Source: Chrysemys picta bellii (lineage: Eukaryota). From it: a stretch of 64,000 bases of DNA. Positions 32,977-46,069 of the stretch are shown here, in pieces; within the stretch, counting starts at the first letter, position 1; each line of letters starts with the position of its first letter. The stretch covers positions 25,854,001-25,918,000 of the forward strand of contig NC_088807.1 of the NCBI RefSeq assembly GCF_011386835.1. Reading direction: 5' to 3'. The position numbers and the translations under genes are program-made. The notes beneath the pieces were generated by a model, which was given only the letters and a program-made list of their open reading frames with translations, made no database searches and was not told where the DNA came from.

Positions 32977-35632
32977 ATGGAGGAATATGCCCGGGAGCCC
33001 TGGTGAGCGGCCGGGGCCCGCCTCCCCCCGCGCGGGGCGCTTGGTACCGCCCGGCGGGCGAGTCCATTGGGAGGGGAATTGGTCTCTCTCCCCCCCCCCC
33101 ATGGCAGGGGCCTGTGGGCCGCTCCATTAGGTGGGGGAGGTGACCGGTGGGTTCAGAGCGGAGCCTCCCCCCCCCCCCCCCCCCCGTGTTTGGTCCCTTG
33201 GTAGCTGCCAGCCTATGGGTGGGCGAGTCCATTGGAGGAGTAGTGGAGGGGGAGGGACCCCTTGTCTATCGCCCCTTTCTCCTGGAATGGATTCACCCAA
33301 CTCCCCTCTCCCAGTAGCGCCCCCTTTCGGGAATGGATTTGCCCAGTCCTCCCCCCCGCCAATCTCCCTGCAATGGATCCACCCGTTCCCGTCCTTCGCC
33401 CCTTTCCCCGTCTCGGCGGCTCCGGGGGGGAGGAACCATTATAGGGGTGGGTGGGCTCTCGAGAACCTTTACACCCCTATTCATGGTCACTTGGTATGTC
33501 CCAGCTCTTTGGTGTCTATGGGCGGGCGAGTTCATAGGGGGGAGAAATGGGGGGGCAGAAGGAATAGACCTTCTCTTCTCCCCCCCCCCGTCCTCTCATA
33601 GGCTCCATGGGCTGGGAGATACCAAGTCACTAAAGCAGGGAGGGTTGGGAAATACCAAGAGCACAAGAATGGAAGGTGTGTTTGTACCACGTGGTATTCC
33701 CGGGGGTGGGGGGGGGTTATTATTGTAGGGTCTCTTCTCGCTGGTGGCATGGCGGGGGAGGGGACGGGATGTGTGAGACTAGGTTGGTGCTGGCTGGGAG
33801 GGGTTGTAGGGTTTGGCTCGCTGCCGGTCCGTGGGTGGGGGAGTTATTTCCTGTAGGGTGGGTCGTCCCGGGGCGGGGGGGGGCACTATCCTGGGATTGT
33901 GCTCGAGGGGTTGGCAGGGATCTGTTATGGTAGGGTTCCCACCCTCGGCTTGTTGTAGGGTTGCTCCTGGGTTTGTTTATTGTAGGGTCTCCTGACCTGG
34001 CTAACCACCTCCCTTCTCCTCCTCCAGCCCATGGCGCATCGTGGACGACTGCGGCGGTGCCTTCACCATGGGGATGATCGGTGGGGGGGTCTTCCAGGCC
34101 GTCAAGGGCTTCCGGAACGCCCCCATGGTGAGTCCAGCCCCTGACACCCCTCCGTCGCCAGCTGGACCCAGGCCCCAGATACTGTTGGTCTGATTCCCGT
34201 CTTGCTGATGGCGCTGGGCCCTTCTGGCTGGGGTGGCTCCCCGCTGACCCCGATCGCTACGGGGAGAAGGGGGCCCGGTGGGGGCCGGGTGGCATCTCAC
34301 CCCCACTGTTCCTCTGCTGCTCTTCCTCCTAGGGCATCCGACACCGGTTCAAAGGGAGCGTCAGTGCCATCCGCATCAGAGCGCCGCAGATCGGAGGTGA
34401 GGGGGGCTGTGTAGTGTGCGGGGGGAGGCGGGCAGTGTGGGGAGGGGGCCAAGGTGTATCTAATCGCTGCTCCCTCCTTTCCCCAGGTAGCTTTGCTGTC
34501 TGGGGGGGCCTTTTCTCCACCATCGACTGCGGCCTGGTGAAGATGAGGGGGAAGGAAGATCCCTGGAACTCGATCACCAGTGGGGCCCTCACAGGGGCCG
34601 TGCTCGCCTCCCGCAGTGAGTGTCCTGTGCAGCACCCCCTGCCGGCCCCCCGCCTCCTCACACCCCCTGCCAGGCGCTCCATCTCTTTAATTCATCTCTT
34701 CTTCTCCCCAGGTGGCCCGTTAGCCATGGTCGGCTCAGCCATGATGGGGGGCATTTTACTGGCCTTGATAGAAGGAGTCGGGATCTTACTCACCAGATAC
34801 ACGGCACAGCAATTCCAGAACTGTAAGCAGTGCCTGGGCCCAGGGCTGGCAGGGGCTGCGGGTCGGGAGTGAGGCGCGCTGGGGGGGAGGGGGGCAGGGC
34901 TGGGTTAGCAGGGGCTGCGGGTCGGGAGTGAGGAGCGCTGGGGGGGAGGGGGCCAGGGCTGGGCGAGCAGGGGGCTGTGGGTCGGGAGTGAGGCGTGCTG
35001 GGGGGGCGGGCCCAGGGCTAGCAGGGGGCTGCGGGGCGGGAGTGAGGAGCGCTGGGGGGGAGGGGGCCAGGGCTGGGCGAGCAGGGGGCTGTGGGTCGGG
35101 AGTGAGGCGTGCTGGGGGGGCGGGCCCAGGGCTAGCAGGGGGCTGCGGGGCGGGAGTGAGGAGCGCTGGGGGAGAGGGGGGCAGGGCTGGGCTAGCAGGG
35201 GGCTGCGGGTCGGGAGTGAGGCACGCTGTGGGGGCGGGCCCAGGGCTAGCAGGGGCTGCGGGTCGGGAGTGAGGCGTGCTGGGGGGGGCGGGCCCAGGGC
35301 TAGCAGGGGCTGCGGGTTGGGAGTGAGGCGCACTGTGGGGGCGGGCCCAGGGCTAGCAGGGGCTGCGGGTCGGGAGTGAGGCGTGCTGGGGGGGGCGGGC
35401 CCAGGGCTAGCAGGGGGCAGTGGATCATTTCTACGCTGGTCAGGCTGTCCCCGTGTGGTGTTGTGGGGCTGTTGCCCAGCCCCCCTGCCCAGAGGTGGCT
35501 GCATCTCTGCTTTCTGACTAGTTATTTTCTCCCCCCTCCTCAGCTAACCCGTTCGGTGAAGACCCCAGTCAGCTGTCCCTGAAGGACAGCCCCACGCCTC
35601 CAGGATACCCGGGCTACGGACAATATCAGTGA
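32977..35632 (+). CDS. TIMM17B: Mitochondrial import inner membrane translocase subunit Tim17-B, 172 aa
   Basis: Exons 32977-33002, 34028-34127, 34333-34396, 34487-34615, 34712-34822, 35544-35632; [21 protein letters not shown]...[13 protein letters not shown]...RYTAQQF; head-to-head with PQBP1 as in human. Confidence 0.95.
34830..35415. repeat. Minisatellite in TIMM17B intron 5 (core shared with the array at 49350-50125)
   Basis: Core GGGGCTGCGGGTCGGGAGTGAGG in both arrays. Confidence 0.85.
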
Positions 35633-38292
35633 AGCTGCTTTGTACGTGGGGGTCCCCTCTGTTTCTTTTGAGGGGGGGAGCAGCTGTAGCTGCTAATTCG
35701 CCCCCCCTTGCCGGCGCTCAGGATGTGATTCCAGCCACTGGTCCCCCCAGTTCTTGGATTCTCCCCCTGGAGGCGACGCTGAATAGGCCTGTTTCCCTCT
35801 CTGGAGGAGGGAGGGGTTTGCTGGGAGCCCCTCTAAATTTGCATATTTGGGGGGGGGCTGGGGACTATGGGTCAGGGGATTGCTCTGTATTTCCTAGTAC
35901 GTTGGGGGATGGGCTGTGGGGGATGTTGGACTACAGGATAAATTGGGGGGGGGTTTGGCATCTTCTCCTTTCTGGAGCTCACCCCCCCATTCTGTTTGAG
36001 GGTGCCTCCATTTCCAGCTTAGAAATGGAGTTCAATACACCCCTGAAAGGGCAAGTGGTGGCTGTATCACCTCTTTTAGCTTGGGTGAAATTCAGGGGGG
36101 CTGCAGGGTTATAGAGGAGGGGGTGCTCCTGGCCCTGTGGTGGGGGTGCCTGTCTTTTTGCAGCACCCCAAAACTACTTGTCACATGGTGCCTCGTTCTG
36201 AGTGGCTTCCCCTGCTCCTGAGACGGGGGGCTGGGAGGGAGGCATCTCTTGGAATGGAGTTAGGTGGGGCCTCTTGAAATCAGTATGACATACGACAGTA
36301 CATCCATGGACTATGCTTCCCATCTTGCCTGGTTGTGACCCCCCCAAGGGTGTGATCCCCATTTTCATAACCAGTGAATCCTGCTGTCCCCCCCAATCCA
36401 GCTGGGAAACCCCACCTTGGTGTGTATCCCCAACCTGTCCCAATTAAGGTTACATCCCCCTGCTCTCAGCCCCCTGAAACCCCAGTTCTGAGCCCAATTT
36501 CACCTCTTTTATTGTTTGTATTTAAAGATGTTTTTAAAGGTGTGTGACTTGCTCGTGTGTCCGAGTGTTTAATGATCTGCCTGCCAGTGGGGGTACTGTG
36601 TTGCACGGAGGGGAGTGGGGACTGGTGTGTGTAGTGGTGGGTCTGGGGGGCAGGGTCTAGTGATTGTGGGGGGGACGATCCTGTTTGTTTTCAGCAGCTT
36701 CAATGCTCTGGGGTTAAATGAACTGAGAATCGCCCTTGGTGTGAGCAGTATAGGGGATCTGCACCAGATGGCTGATGGAGGAGTGTCAGAGATTGGACCT
36801 CCCCTCTTCGAGGAGGGGGCTATACGGCCGGAGCGAGAGAGACCCACTGCCCGCTCTCTCAGACCTATGCAAGCTGGCCCTGCTTTTAAGTGTTTGTACT
36901 CTGCTCAGACAAAAGGTCCCTTTGCAGAGAGAGGGAAACTGAGGCAGGGCAAGAGGTGTGGCTGGTGCAGAACAGAGGGCTGAGCGCTGGTAGCCTGACT
37001 CGCCGGCCCAGGGGTTAACCTGTGCTCCTACCTCGGACTGTCACCGCCCACCTACGCTCACTCCTACAGACCCCCTTCAAATTCATCTCCACCCTTTCCT
37101 GGGCTTCATTCGCTTGAGACTCATTTCGCGGCGTGGCTCCTGCTTGCAGCGCCCCCAGGGCTGGTCCCTTTCAAATGCCTAAGCAGCTGTGGACAGCAGC
37201 CTGGGGGGGGTGAGGGTAAATGGAGGGTTACCGACACCCCCCCCCCCCCCCCAACCCTTGCAGCTGCAGTTTCAGCACCTCTGTCCCCACTTTTCTAAGA
37301 GAGAGGCTCAGAATACAGCAGTCCTCGCTCCCAGCCCCCCCTGCTTACCTCCCAGAGCCAGGGAGAGAACCCAGGAGTCCTGCCTCCCAGCCCCCCCTGC
37401 TCTAACCACCAGCCCCTCCCAGAGCCAGGGAGAGAACCCAGGAGAACCTGCTCTAACCACTAGCTTCTGGCAAGATGGCATGGATGCAAGAAGACCCCCC
37501 ACACACACACCACAGCCCTGTGCCCCCTGAGGGGAGGAATGGGACCCCCGAAGGGCCGATCTCCCAGACAGACTGATGACAGGGGTGGTGGTGGGGGGGG
37601 TAACACACAGTGGGGCGGGTGCACCCAGTCCCTGGCAGGGGGCAAACGGGGACAGTGGCAAGGAGTCTGCACACCAAAGGGTTGGGGCTGGGGCGCAGGG
37701 GAGGCGGCCTGGACCCTTTGGGGCCCATGATGTGGGGGCGGGGGGGTTTCTTTACATGGGGGCAGCTCCATTTGCCCCTGGGGACTGGGAGCTCCTGGGT
37801 GAGGGGTCTGGCCCTGCCCCTTGCAAGGGGGCTTCTGGGGGTGGAACCGGGCACTAGATTGATGGGGAGGTCAGAGAATCCCAGCCCCCCCCCATCCCAG
37901 AGCCAGGGAGAGAACCCAGGAGTCCTGGCTCCCAGCCCCGCCTGTTCTAATCACCAGCCCCCACTCCCCTCCCAGAGCGGGGAGAGAACCCAGGAGTCCT
38001 GGCTCCCAGCCCGCCCCCCCCTGCTCTAACCACCAGCCCCCACTCCCCTCCCAGAGTCAGGGAGAGAACCCAGGAGTCCTGGCTCCCAGCCCCCCCCTGC
38101 TCTAACCCACCAGCCCCCGCTCCCCTCCCAGAGCCGGGGAGAGAACCCAGGAGTCCTGGCTCCCAGCCCCCCCCCTGCTCTAACCACCAGCCCCCACTCC
38201 CCTCCCAGAGCGGGGAGAGAACCCAGGAGTCCGGGCTCCCAGCCCCTTGTCATGTGACCAGGCCCATGCCGGCTTCGGGCAGTTCCGGGTGC

Positions 38293-38343
38293 GTTGCTAG
38301 GCAACTGGGCCCCGGTTGCCAGGGCGCCTGCCCGGCCTGCCAG
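38293..38343 (+). promoter_or_regulatory. CDK20: RFX X-box and putative CDK20 non-coding exon 1
   Basis: GTTGCTAGGCAAC (38293-38305), half-site GTTGCCAGGG (38315), donor CAG|GTACTG at 38343/38344. Confidence 0.65.
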
Positions 38344-38369
38344 GTACTGGGGCTGTGGGGGGAGAGGGC

Positions 38370-38970
38370 GGCGCGGTGCATTGTGGGACGGGGCGCCTCC
38401 CCTCTACTGGGGTGCCTCAGGAATTGGGGGGGTAGCCTGCGAGGGAGCAGTGCATTGTGGGATGGGGCGCCCTAGAAGGGTGAGGGGGGGGGTCCCCTGT
38501 GGGGCAAGGAAGCAGTGCATTATGGGACAGGGCACCCCCCAGTATCCCACAATGCACTGCGGGTACCCCTCAAATGGGGGGCATAACTTGAGAGGGAGCA
38601 GTGCATTATGGGAAGGGAAAGGGGAGCCCCCCTCCAGTATCCCACAATGCATTGTGGGTGCCTTGGGATTGGGGGGGGGGGGCTGTAACTTGAGAGGGAG
38701 CAGTGCATTATGGGACAAGGCACCCACCAGTATCCCACAATGCACTGCAGGTGCCCCAGAAATTGGGGGGGGGGGGAGGTTGTCTGGAGCAGTGCATTGT
38801 GGGAAGGGAAAGGGGTGGTCCCCTCAGATATGGGGTGAGGAAGCAGTGGGTTATGAGATAGGATACCCCTGATATCCCACAATGCACTGTGGGTGCCTTA
38901 GGAATGGGGGGTCTGGCCTGGGAGAGGCAGCAGTGCATTGTGGGATGGGGCTCCCGCAATAACCCATAGT
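38370..38970. promoter_or_regulatory. Homotypic array of ZNF143/Staf-like sites in CDK20 intron 1
   Basis: About 11 copies of TCCCA(C/T)AATGCA(C/T)TG in both orientations. Confidence 0.5.
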
Positions 38971-39163
38971 GCATTGCAGGTGCCCCGCATTGGGGTTCCC
39001 TCAGTGTAAGGGGTGAGGAGCAGGGTATTATGGGCCAGGGCATCTCCCCCACCCCACCCCCGATATACCACAATGCCGAGTGCCCCTTTTGGGGGTGGGG
39101 GGCCGCTAACAGGATGTGAATTATTCTCTCCCACAGGTCCCAGTGCAAACCAGTCAGCCCAGC

Positions 39164-42100
39164 ATGGACCAGTACAGCATCCTGGGCAGGATCGGGGAAG
39201 GAGCCCACGGCATCGTCTTCAAAGCCAAGAACGTAGAGGTGAGAATGTCCCCGCTCGATCTGATCCCCACAGCCAGGGCTGGGGGGCAGGCCGCCTGGGT
39301 TCTCTCCACGGCTCTGGGAGGGGAGTGGGGGCAGCGGGAGCTAGGACTCCTGGGTTCTATTCTCAGTGCATCCCTGCCCCACAGACGGGGGAGACCGTGG
39401 CATTGAAGAAGGTCGCTCTGCGGAGACTGGAGGACGGGATCCCGAACCAGGCGCTGCGGGAGATCAAAGCGCTACAGGAGATTGAGGAGAATCAGCATGT
39501 GAGTGGGGGGCTGGGAGCCCGGACTCCTGGGTTCTCTCCCCGCTCTGGGAGGGGAGTGGGGGCTGGAGGTTAGAGCAGGGGGGGCTGGGAGCCAGGACCC
39601 CTGGGTTCTCTCCCTGGCTTTGGGAGGGGTGTGGGGTCTAGTGGTTAGAGCAGGGGGGGCTGGGAGCCAGGACTCCTGGGTTCTCTCTGTGGCTGTGGGA
39701 GGAGAGTGGGGGCTGGTGGTTAGAGCGGGGGGGCTGGGAACCAGGACTCCTGGGTTCTCTCCGTGGCTCTGGGAGGGGAGTGGGGTTTAGTGGGGTCTGG
39801 GCAAGGTGACCTCTTGGGGTTCCTGCCAGCCCTACAGCACTGGGGTTCTGTGATGGCAAAGCCACAGTGTTGGGGGTCAGAAATAGAGACCCCAGGTCTA
39901 TTTCTCCACATCCCTTTTCACTGCCGGGGCTGCAGCTACCCTATCCTCCTGCCTCAGGGTTGCTGCCTTCTTTCTTTCTTGTTCCCCTGTTTCTTTGTTC
40001 CTTTCTCTGTATTCTTTCTTTCTTTCTCTTTCTCTACTTTTTGTTTGTTTGTTTGTTTGCCTTTCTGTCTTTTCCTTCATTCACTTCTAGAGCTGGGCAA
40101 AACAAAATCAACAGAGTGAAACTGACAAAAAATGCAGTTTTCAGGCACCAAAAATTCAGTAAATTCCACCAACACCCCCCCCCCCAAAAACACAGGGGGA
40201 GGAACCATCAAAAGGTTTTGTTGTGACCCAAATGAAATTTTGTCTGGTTTTGTTTTGTTTTTTGTTTGTTTGTTTTGGCCAGAAAAACTGGAAAAATTCA
40301 GTTAGAAACTAACCACGTTTTCCCCCTGGATGGATGGATCTTTCTTTTTGTCTTTCTTTCTTGTTGCTGATAGATACTTGGTAAGTTAAGATGCCAAGGA
40401 AGCAGAAGCCGTGAGCTATGGGTGGGTCTGGGAGATTCGGCTACGCAGGCCTGCCGAACTGCTTAGGGGCAGCAGGCACTGGGATGGGCGGGCCCATGGC
40501 TCGGACCGAAGGCAGGATACTGGGCCGATGGGCTTGTGGCTGAGACCTGGCAGGGCCGGGACACCAGGCTGGCTAGGCTCACGGCTCTGCCCTGTCTCCC
40601 CCGTCACAGGTGGTGAAGCTGAAGGCCGTGTTCCCCCATGGCGCAGGCTTCGTGCTGGTGTTCGAGTACATGCTGTCGGACCTGGCCGAGGTGATCCGCA
40701 ACGCCCAGCAGCCCCTCACGCAGGCCCAGGCGAAAGGCTACATGCTCATGTTGCTGCAGGGGGTGGCCTTCTGCCACGCCAATAACATCATGCACCGGGT
40801 GAGGCCAGCCCCCCTGCTCTAAGCACTAGGCCCCACTCCCCTCCCAGAGCTGGGGAGAGAACCCAGGCGTCCGGACTCCCAGCCCCCCTGCTCTAACCAC
40901 CAGCCCCCACTCGCCTCCCAGAGCCGGGGAGAGAACCCAGGCGTCCGGACTCCCAGCCCCGCCTGCTCTAACCCACTCATTGTTCCCAGCAGGATCTGAA
41001 ACCAGCCAATTTACTCATCAGCTCTACGGGGCAGCTGAAGATTGCGGATTTCGGCCTCGCCAGGGTGTTCTCCAGTGACGCAGGCCGGCTCTACAGCCAC
41101 CAGGTGGCCACCAGGTGAATGGGAGTGGCCGGGGGTCTGGGCTGGAACCTTTGGCCACAGAACCGGGTCGGTCCACGGAGCCAGGGACCAGGAATTGGGC
41201 TCCTGGCTTCTCTCCCCGGCTCTGGGAGGGGAGTGGGGTCTAGTGGTTAGAGCAGGGGGGACTCATAGACTCATAGACTTTAAGGTCAGAAGGGACCATT
41301 ATGATCATCTGGTCTGACCCCCTGCACGCTGCAGGCCATAAAACCATCCCCGCCCCTTCCCTGGACTCTGCTGCTGAAGTCCCCAATCCTGTTATTAGTG
41401 ACCTCAATCGGCAGAGACCCTCCTGCTAGAGACCCCTGCCCCATGCTGCGGAGGAAGGCGAAAAACCTCCAGAGGCTCAGCCAATCTGCCCTGGAGGAAA
41501 ATTCCTTCCCGACCCCAAATATGGCGATCAGTAAGACCCCGAGCATATAGGCAAGAGTCTCCATCCTGACCCCTTTTAGCCATTATGCTATTTACCTACC
41601 ATTTCTTGGTTTTCCTTGACAACTATGTTTTACCATTAAACCATTCCCTCCATAAACTTATCTAACTTAATCTTAATCTTAAGCCTCTCCTGCCAGGACT
41701 GGGAGCCAGGACTCCTCGGTTCTCTCCTCAGCACTCGGAGGGGAGCGGGGGCTGGTGGTTAGAGCAGGGAGGGCGGGGTGCCAGGACTCCTGGGTTCTCT
41801 CCCGGCTCTGGGAGGGGAGTGGGGGCTGGTGGGATAGAGCAGGGAGATGCTAGTGGTGGGTATGGAGGTGTGTGACCGTCTCTCTGTCTCCGCATTAGGT
41901 GGTACCGTGCCCCGGAGCTCCTGTACGGTGCCCGGAAGTATGACGAAGGGGTGGATTTGTGGTGAGCTCCCCGGCCCCTCATCCCCCCATCTTTAGTCTC
42001 CCCTCCATGCTCGAGCCCCGCTATGGCTGGACAGCCGCTCGTTAGCGTGAATCCCCTCCCCCCGCTGATGTGGGGGTCCGGAACGCAGAGATCTCTCCTG

Positions 42101-44286
42101 GGGCCGGATTCGACTGCATACTTAATGAAGGGGTCTGGCCAAGGGAGCTTCCCTCCTTAATCCAGCCCTAGCCCTGCCCTTTTTGTCCTGCCCCATAGCC
42201 ATGCTCCCCCCACATAATCATGCTGCCCAAGCCCCTTTACAGGGAGCCAGACCACAGAGCGTGGCCCTAGAGGGGGTCTCAGCCCCCACACAGCCCCTTC
42301 CCACACCTCCCAGCAGAGACGTGATAGGGCAGTTCTCACTTCTACAAGCATCCGGCTCAGGCTCTCTGCAGACTCGGGCAGCGCCCCTGTGTCCGTTACA
42401 CTCAGGCAGTTCGCACTTCTGCGAGCCGTCGGCTCTTCGGGCAGGTGTCGCGCTTTGACGCTTCTCTCCCCAGGCGGGAGTCCCGGGAACTCCTGTTATA
42501 TTTTTATCCTGAAGGTCCAGCGTCTCTCGTGTGTACGTGTGTGTGTGTGGGGCCCACGACTGAGCCCTAAATGATCCCCCCCACCCCCCTTGCTGCCCGG
42601 AGGCACCTCAGGACGGTGAGGATGGCCCCGCGGACCCCGGGGACACAGTGGGATAGGGGTCAGTCATGGAGAGTCATGCCTGGGGTTCCATAGACCCCCC
42701 CACACACACCGGCCTGCTCCCCCTTTTCTGCATCCGCTTCAGGGCTGTGGGCTGCATTTTTGCTGAGCTGCTGAACAACTCGCCCCTCTTCCCCGGGGAG
42801 AATGACATCGAGCAGCTCTGCTGTGTACTCCGGGTGCTGGGGACCCCCAGCCCGCGTGTCTGGCCGGTGAGTGGGGCCGGGGTTCTCTTCCAGCTCTGGG
42901 GCTAGTGGGTAGAGCAGGGGGGCTGGGAGCCAGGACTCCTAGGTTCTCTCCCCTGCTCTGGGAGGGGGTGGGGGCTGGTGGTTAGAGCAGGGGGGGCTGG
43001 GAGCCAGGACTCCTGGGTTCTTTCCCCTGCTCTGGGAGGGGGTGGGGGCTGGTGGTTAGAGCAGGGGGGCTGGGAGCCAGGACTCCTGGGTTCTCTCCCC
43101 GGCTCTGGGCGGGGAGTGGGGGCTGGTGGTTAGAGCAGGGGGGGCTGGGAGCCAGGACACCTGGGTTCTCTCCCCTGCTCTGGGAGGGGAGTGGGGTCTG
43201 GTGATTAGAGCAGGGGGGACTGGGAGCCAGGACTCCTGGGTTCTCTCCCTGCTCTGGGAGGGGAGTGGGGGCTGGTGGTTAGAGCAGGGGGGCTGGGAGC
43301 CAGGACTCCTGGGTTCTCTCCCCTGCTCTGGGAGGGGAGTGGGGGCTGGTGGTTAGAGCAGGGGGGGCTGGGAGCCAGGACTCCTGGGTTCTCTCCCCGG
43401 CTCTGGGCGGGGAGTGGGGGCTGGTGGTTAGAGCAGGGGGGCTGGGAGCCAGGACTCCTGGGTTCTCTCCCCGGCTCTGGGAGGGGAGTGGGGGCTGGTG
43501 GGTTAGAGCAGGGGGGGCTGGGAGCCAGGACTCCTGGGTTCTCTCCCCGGCTCTGGGATGGGAGTGGGGGCTGGTGGTTAGAGCACGGGGGGCTGGGAGC
43601 CAGGACTCCTGGGTTCTCTCCCCTGCTCTGGGAGGGGAGTGGGGGCTGGTGGTTAGAGCAGCAGGCAGGGCTGAGACTCCAGGACTCCCATGGCAGGAGA
43701 TCACGGAGCTGCCTGACTACAACAAGATCTCGTTCAAAGACAACCCGCCCATCCCGCTGGAGGAGGTGCTGCCCGACGCCCCCCCACAGGCCCTGCAGCT
43801 GCTCGAGCGCTTCCTGGTCTACCCTTCCCGGGAGCGCGTGAGGGCGGCCCAGGTAAGGGAACCCCACTGCTCTCCCAGTGCCCGGAGAGAACCCAGGAGT
43901 CCTGGCTCCCAGCCCCCCCCCTTGCTCCAACCCACTGCACCCCACTTCCCTCCATCTCTAATCTCCCCTGGCAGTCGGGGCTGGGTGCCGAGGCTGCCGT
44001 GGGGCGGGGAGTGCAATACCTCAAGATGCCACCAGGGGGTGCCCCAGGCTCTCCCGTTGGTCAGCTGTGTCACCAGGTTAACCCTTTCTTTCCCCTTCCC
44101 CAGGCATTGCTGCATCCCTATTTCTTCACCCCCCCGCTGCCCGCCCACCACTCGGAGCTACCCATTCCCCAGCGGGGGGGCAGGACGGCCCGGCAGGGAC
44201 CCCCGCACCAGCGCAACTTCCACATCGAGCGGCCCGTGGAAGAGTCTGTGGTGGACCCCGAATGGGTGGCCCCTTATGTGGTGTGA
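39164..44286 (+). CDS. CDK20: Cyclin-dependent kinase 20 (CCRK), 341 aa
   Basis: Exons 39164-39238, 39385-39498, 40610-40798, 40993-41114, 41899-41961, 42743-42866, 43697-43852, 44104-44286; diagnostic PNQALRE helix, GEGAHG loop, HRDLKP, DFG, VATRWYRAPE; ATTAAA at 44647-44652. Confidence 0.96.
41263..41680 (-). mobile_element. CR1 3'-tail fragment in CDK20 intron 4
   Basis: (CATAGACT)2 tail followed by TTAAGGTCAGAAGGGACCATTATGATCATCT..., typical of a CR1 3' UTR. Confidence 0.7.
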
Positions 44287-46069
44287 GGGTGAAGATGGGA
44301 CACGGGGCCTGTCCCCTCTGGGGGGCGCCGGCTCCCACCCGGCCCCAGGGCAGGGACTGGCTGCCTCAGGGGGGCAGGGAATGGGGCAGGGGCCTGTCTT
44401 CTCTAGGGGGCGCCGGCTCCCACCCGGCCCCAGGGCGGGAACTGGCTGGCTCAGGGGGCGGGGAACGGGGCAGGGGCCTGTCCCCTCTGGGGGGCGCTGG
44501 CTCTGATCCAGCCCTGTGGAGGGTGAAGATTGGCCCCAGTCCCCTATATAGTCCCTGTAATAGGGACCCCCAGTCTGTCCGTCCCCCCAACATCTCCCCC
44601 TCTGGTTCCTGGTGCTCTCTGGACTCTGGTGTCACTGAGTTTTGTAATTAAACGGCTTTCGTTTACTGTGAACTGACTCCCGGCCCCTTTCCAGGAATTG
44701 CCCCACCCCCTGGTCTGGTTCTGTATGTGGGAGCCAGAACTCCTGGGTTCTCACCCACCTCTGTGAGGGAAGCGGGGGCCGGTGGGTTAGAGCTGGGTGG
44801 TCTGGGAGCCCGGACGCCTGGGTTCTCTCCCTGGCTCTGGGAGGGGAGTGGGGTGTAGTGGTTAGAGCAGTGGGGGCTGGGAGCCCGGACTCCTGGTTTC
44901 TATACCCGGCTCTGGCAGAGGACTGGGGGCTAGTGGGTTAGAGTTGGGGGGCTGGGAGCCAGGACTCCTGGGTTCTCTCCCGGCTCTGGGAGGGGAGTGG
45001 GGTCTAGTGGTTAGAGCAGGGGGGCTGGGAGCCAGGACTCCTGGGTCCAGTCTTTGGCTCTGCCTCACTTGCCCGTTCTCCCGGCAGTGACAGGCGGGTG
45101 ACAGCCGCCCAGCCTGAGCCGGGAGATAGCGCTATCTCTGTCGCCATGTGCCCGCCTCTGGGCTGTGCTGGCGTTGCTGGGGGGGTGGGGGGCACAAGAG
45201 CCCTCACTTTCCTGCCCTGCTCTGGCCTCGTCTCCCTCCGTTCCTGCTCCTTGGCCTGTCCTGCTCTCGCGCGCTTTCATTCTTCATGTCTCTTTCACGT
45301 CTTCCTTCCTCTCGCACGTGTCTCCCTTCCTTCAGTCACTGTCAGGCCCTGTCTTTCGCTGTCCCGCTCTCCGCCTGTCACCCTCGTTCTGTCTTTCATT
45401 AGCACCTTCTCCCGCCCGTCTGCAGTGTGATCTCTCTCCATCGTTCATTAGCACCCTCTGGGTGACGGCCCATTGCGCCAGGCGCTGTACAGTGTCTATT
45501 AGGTGTATTACGGTACCTCCTAGGCACCCCAGCCATGGCCCAGGACCCACCGCGCCGGGCGCTGTACAAACATGTAACAGAAAGACAATCCCTGCGCCCG
45601 CAGAGCTTCCCGTCTGAGACGAGACCCGGGGCGGGTCCAGACTGGGTACCGCAAGGGAACAACGAGTCCCTATTGCAGCCAGCTCCACGCCACGGTAGCC
45701 TTCCCCTCGCCTAGGTTTTTTCCCGAGGCATCACGGCAAAGGAGGCGGAGAACGGGGGGCTGTGCGCCCGAGCCCGAAGATGCTCAGTGGGGAGAGACAC
45801 CAGCGGACGATGGAGGCTGGAGGCGGGGGCAGGAGTGGAGATCCGGATAGCGACGGGGCTAGATCGGCTGCCGGAGACCTTATACAGTCCTAGATTCCTC
45901 GCCACGAAGAGTCGCTGCTTCGCAGGGCAGAGCCCCCAAGCTCAGCACGGCCAGCGTTCTTGTTCCTACCGGGATACGTGCACATTTAGCCATACTAAGC
46001 CCCACATGATTTGCTTATGCCCGGGTTCCCAGGCAGTCCAGGTGGCTCGGTACCTCTGACCTGCCCCCC

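Noticed and set aside
36615-36983. 122-aa ORF with a hydrophobic stretch; considered as PCSK1N or a novel membrane peptide
   Set aside because: No recognisable homology (no proSAAS LLRVKR motif), GTG start, no supporting splice structure.
39164-44286. Possibility that the kinase is the X-linked CDK16 (PCTAIRE1)
   Set aside because: It has PNQALRE rather than PCTAIRE, and CDK20 exon sizes and termini.
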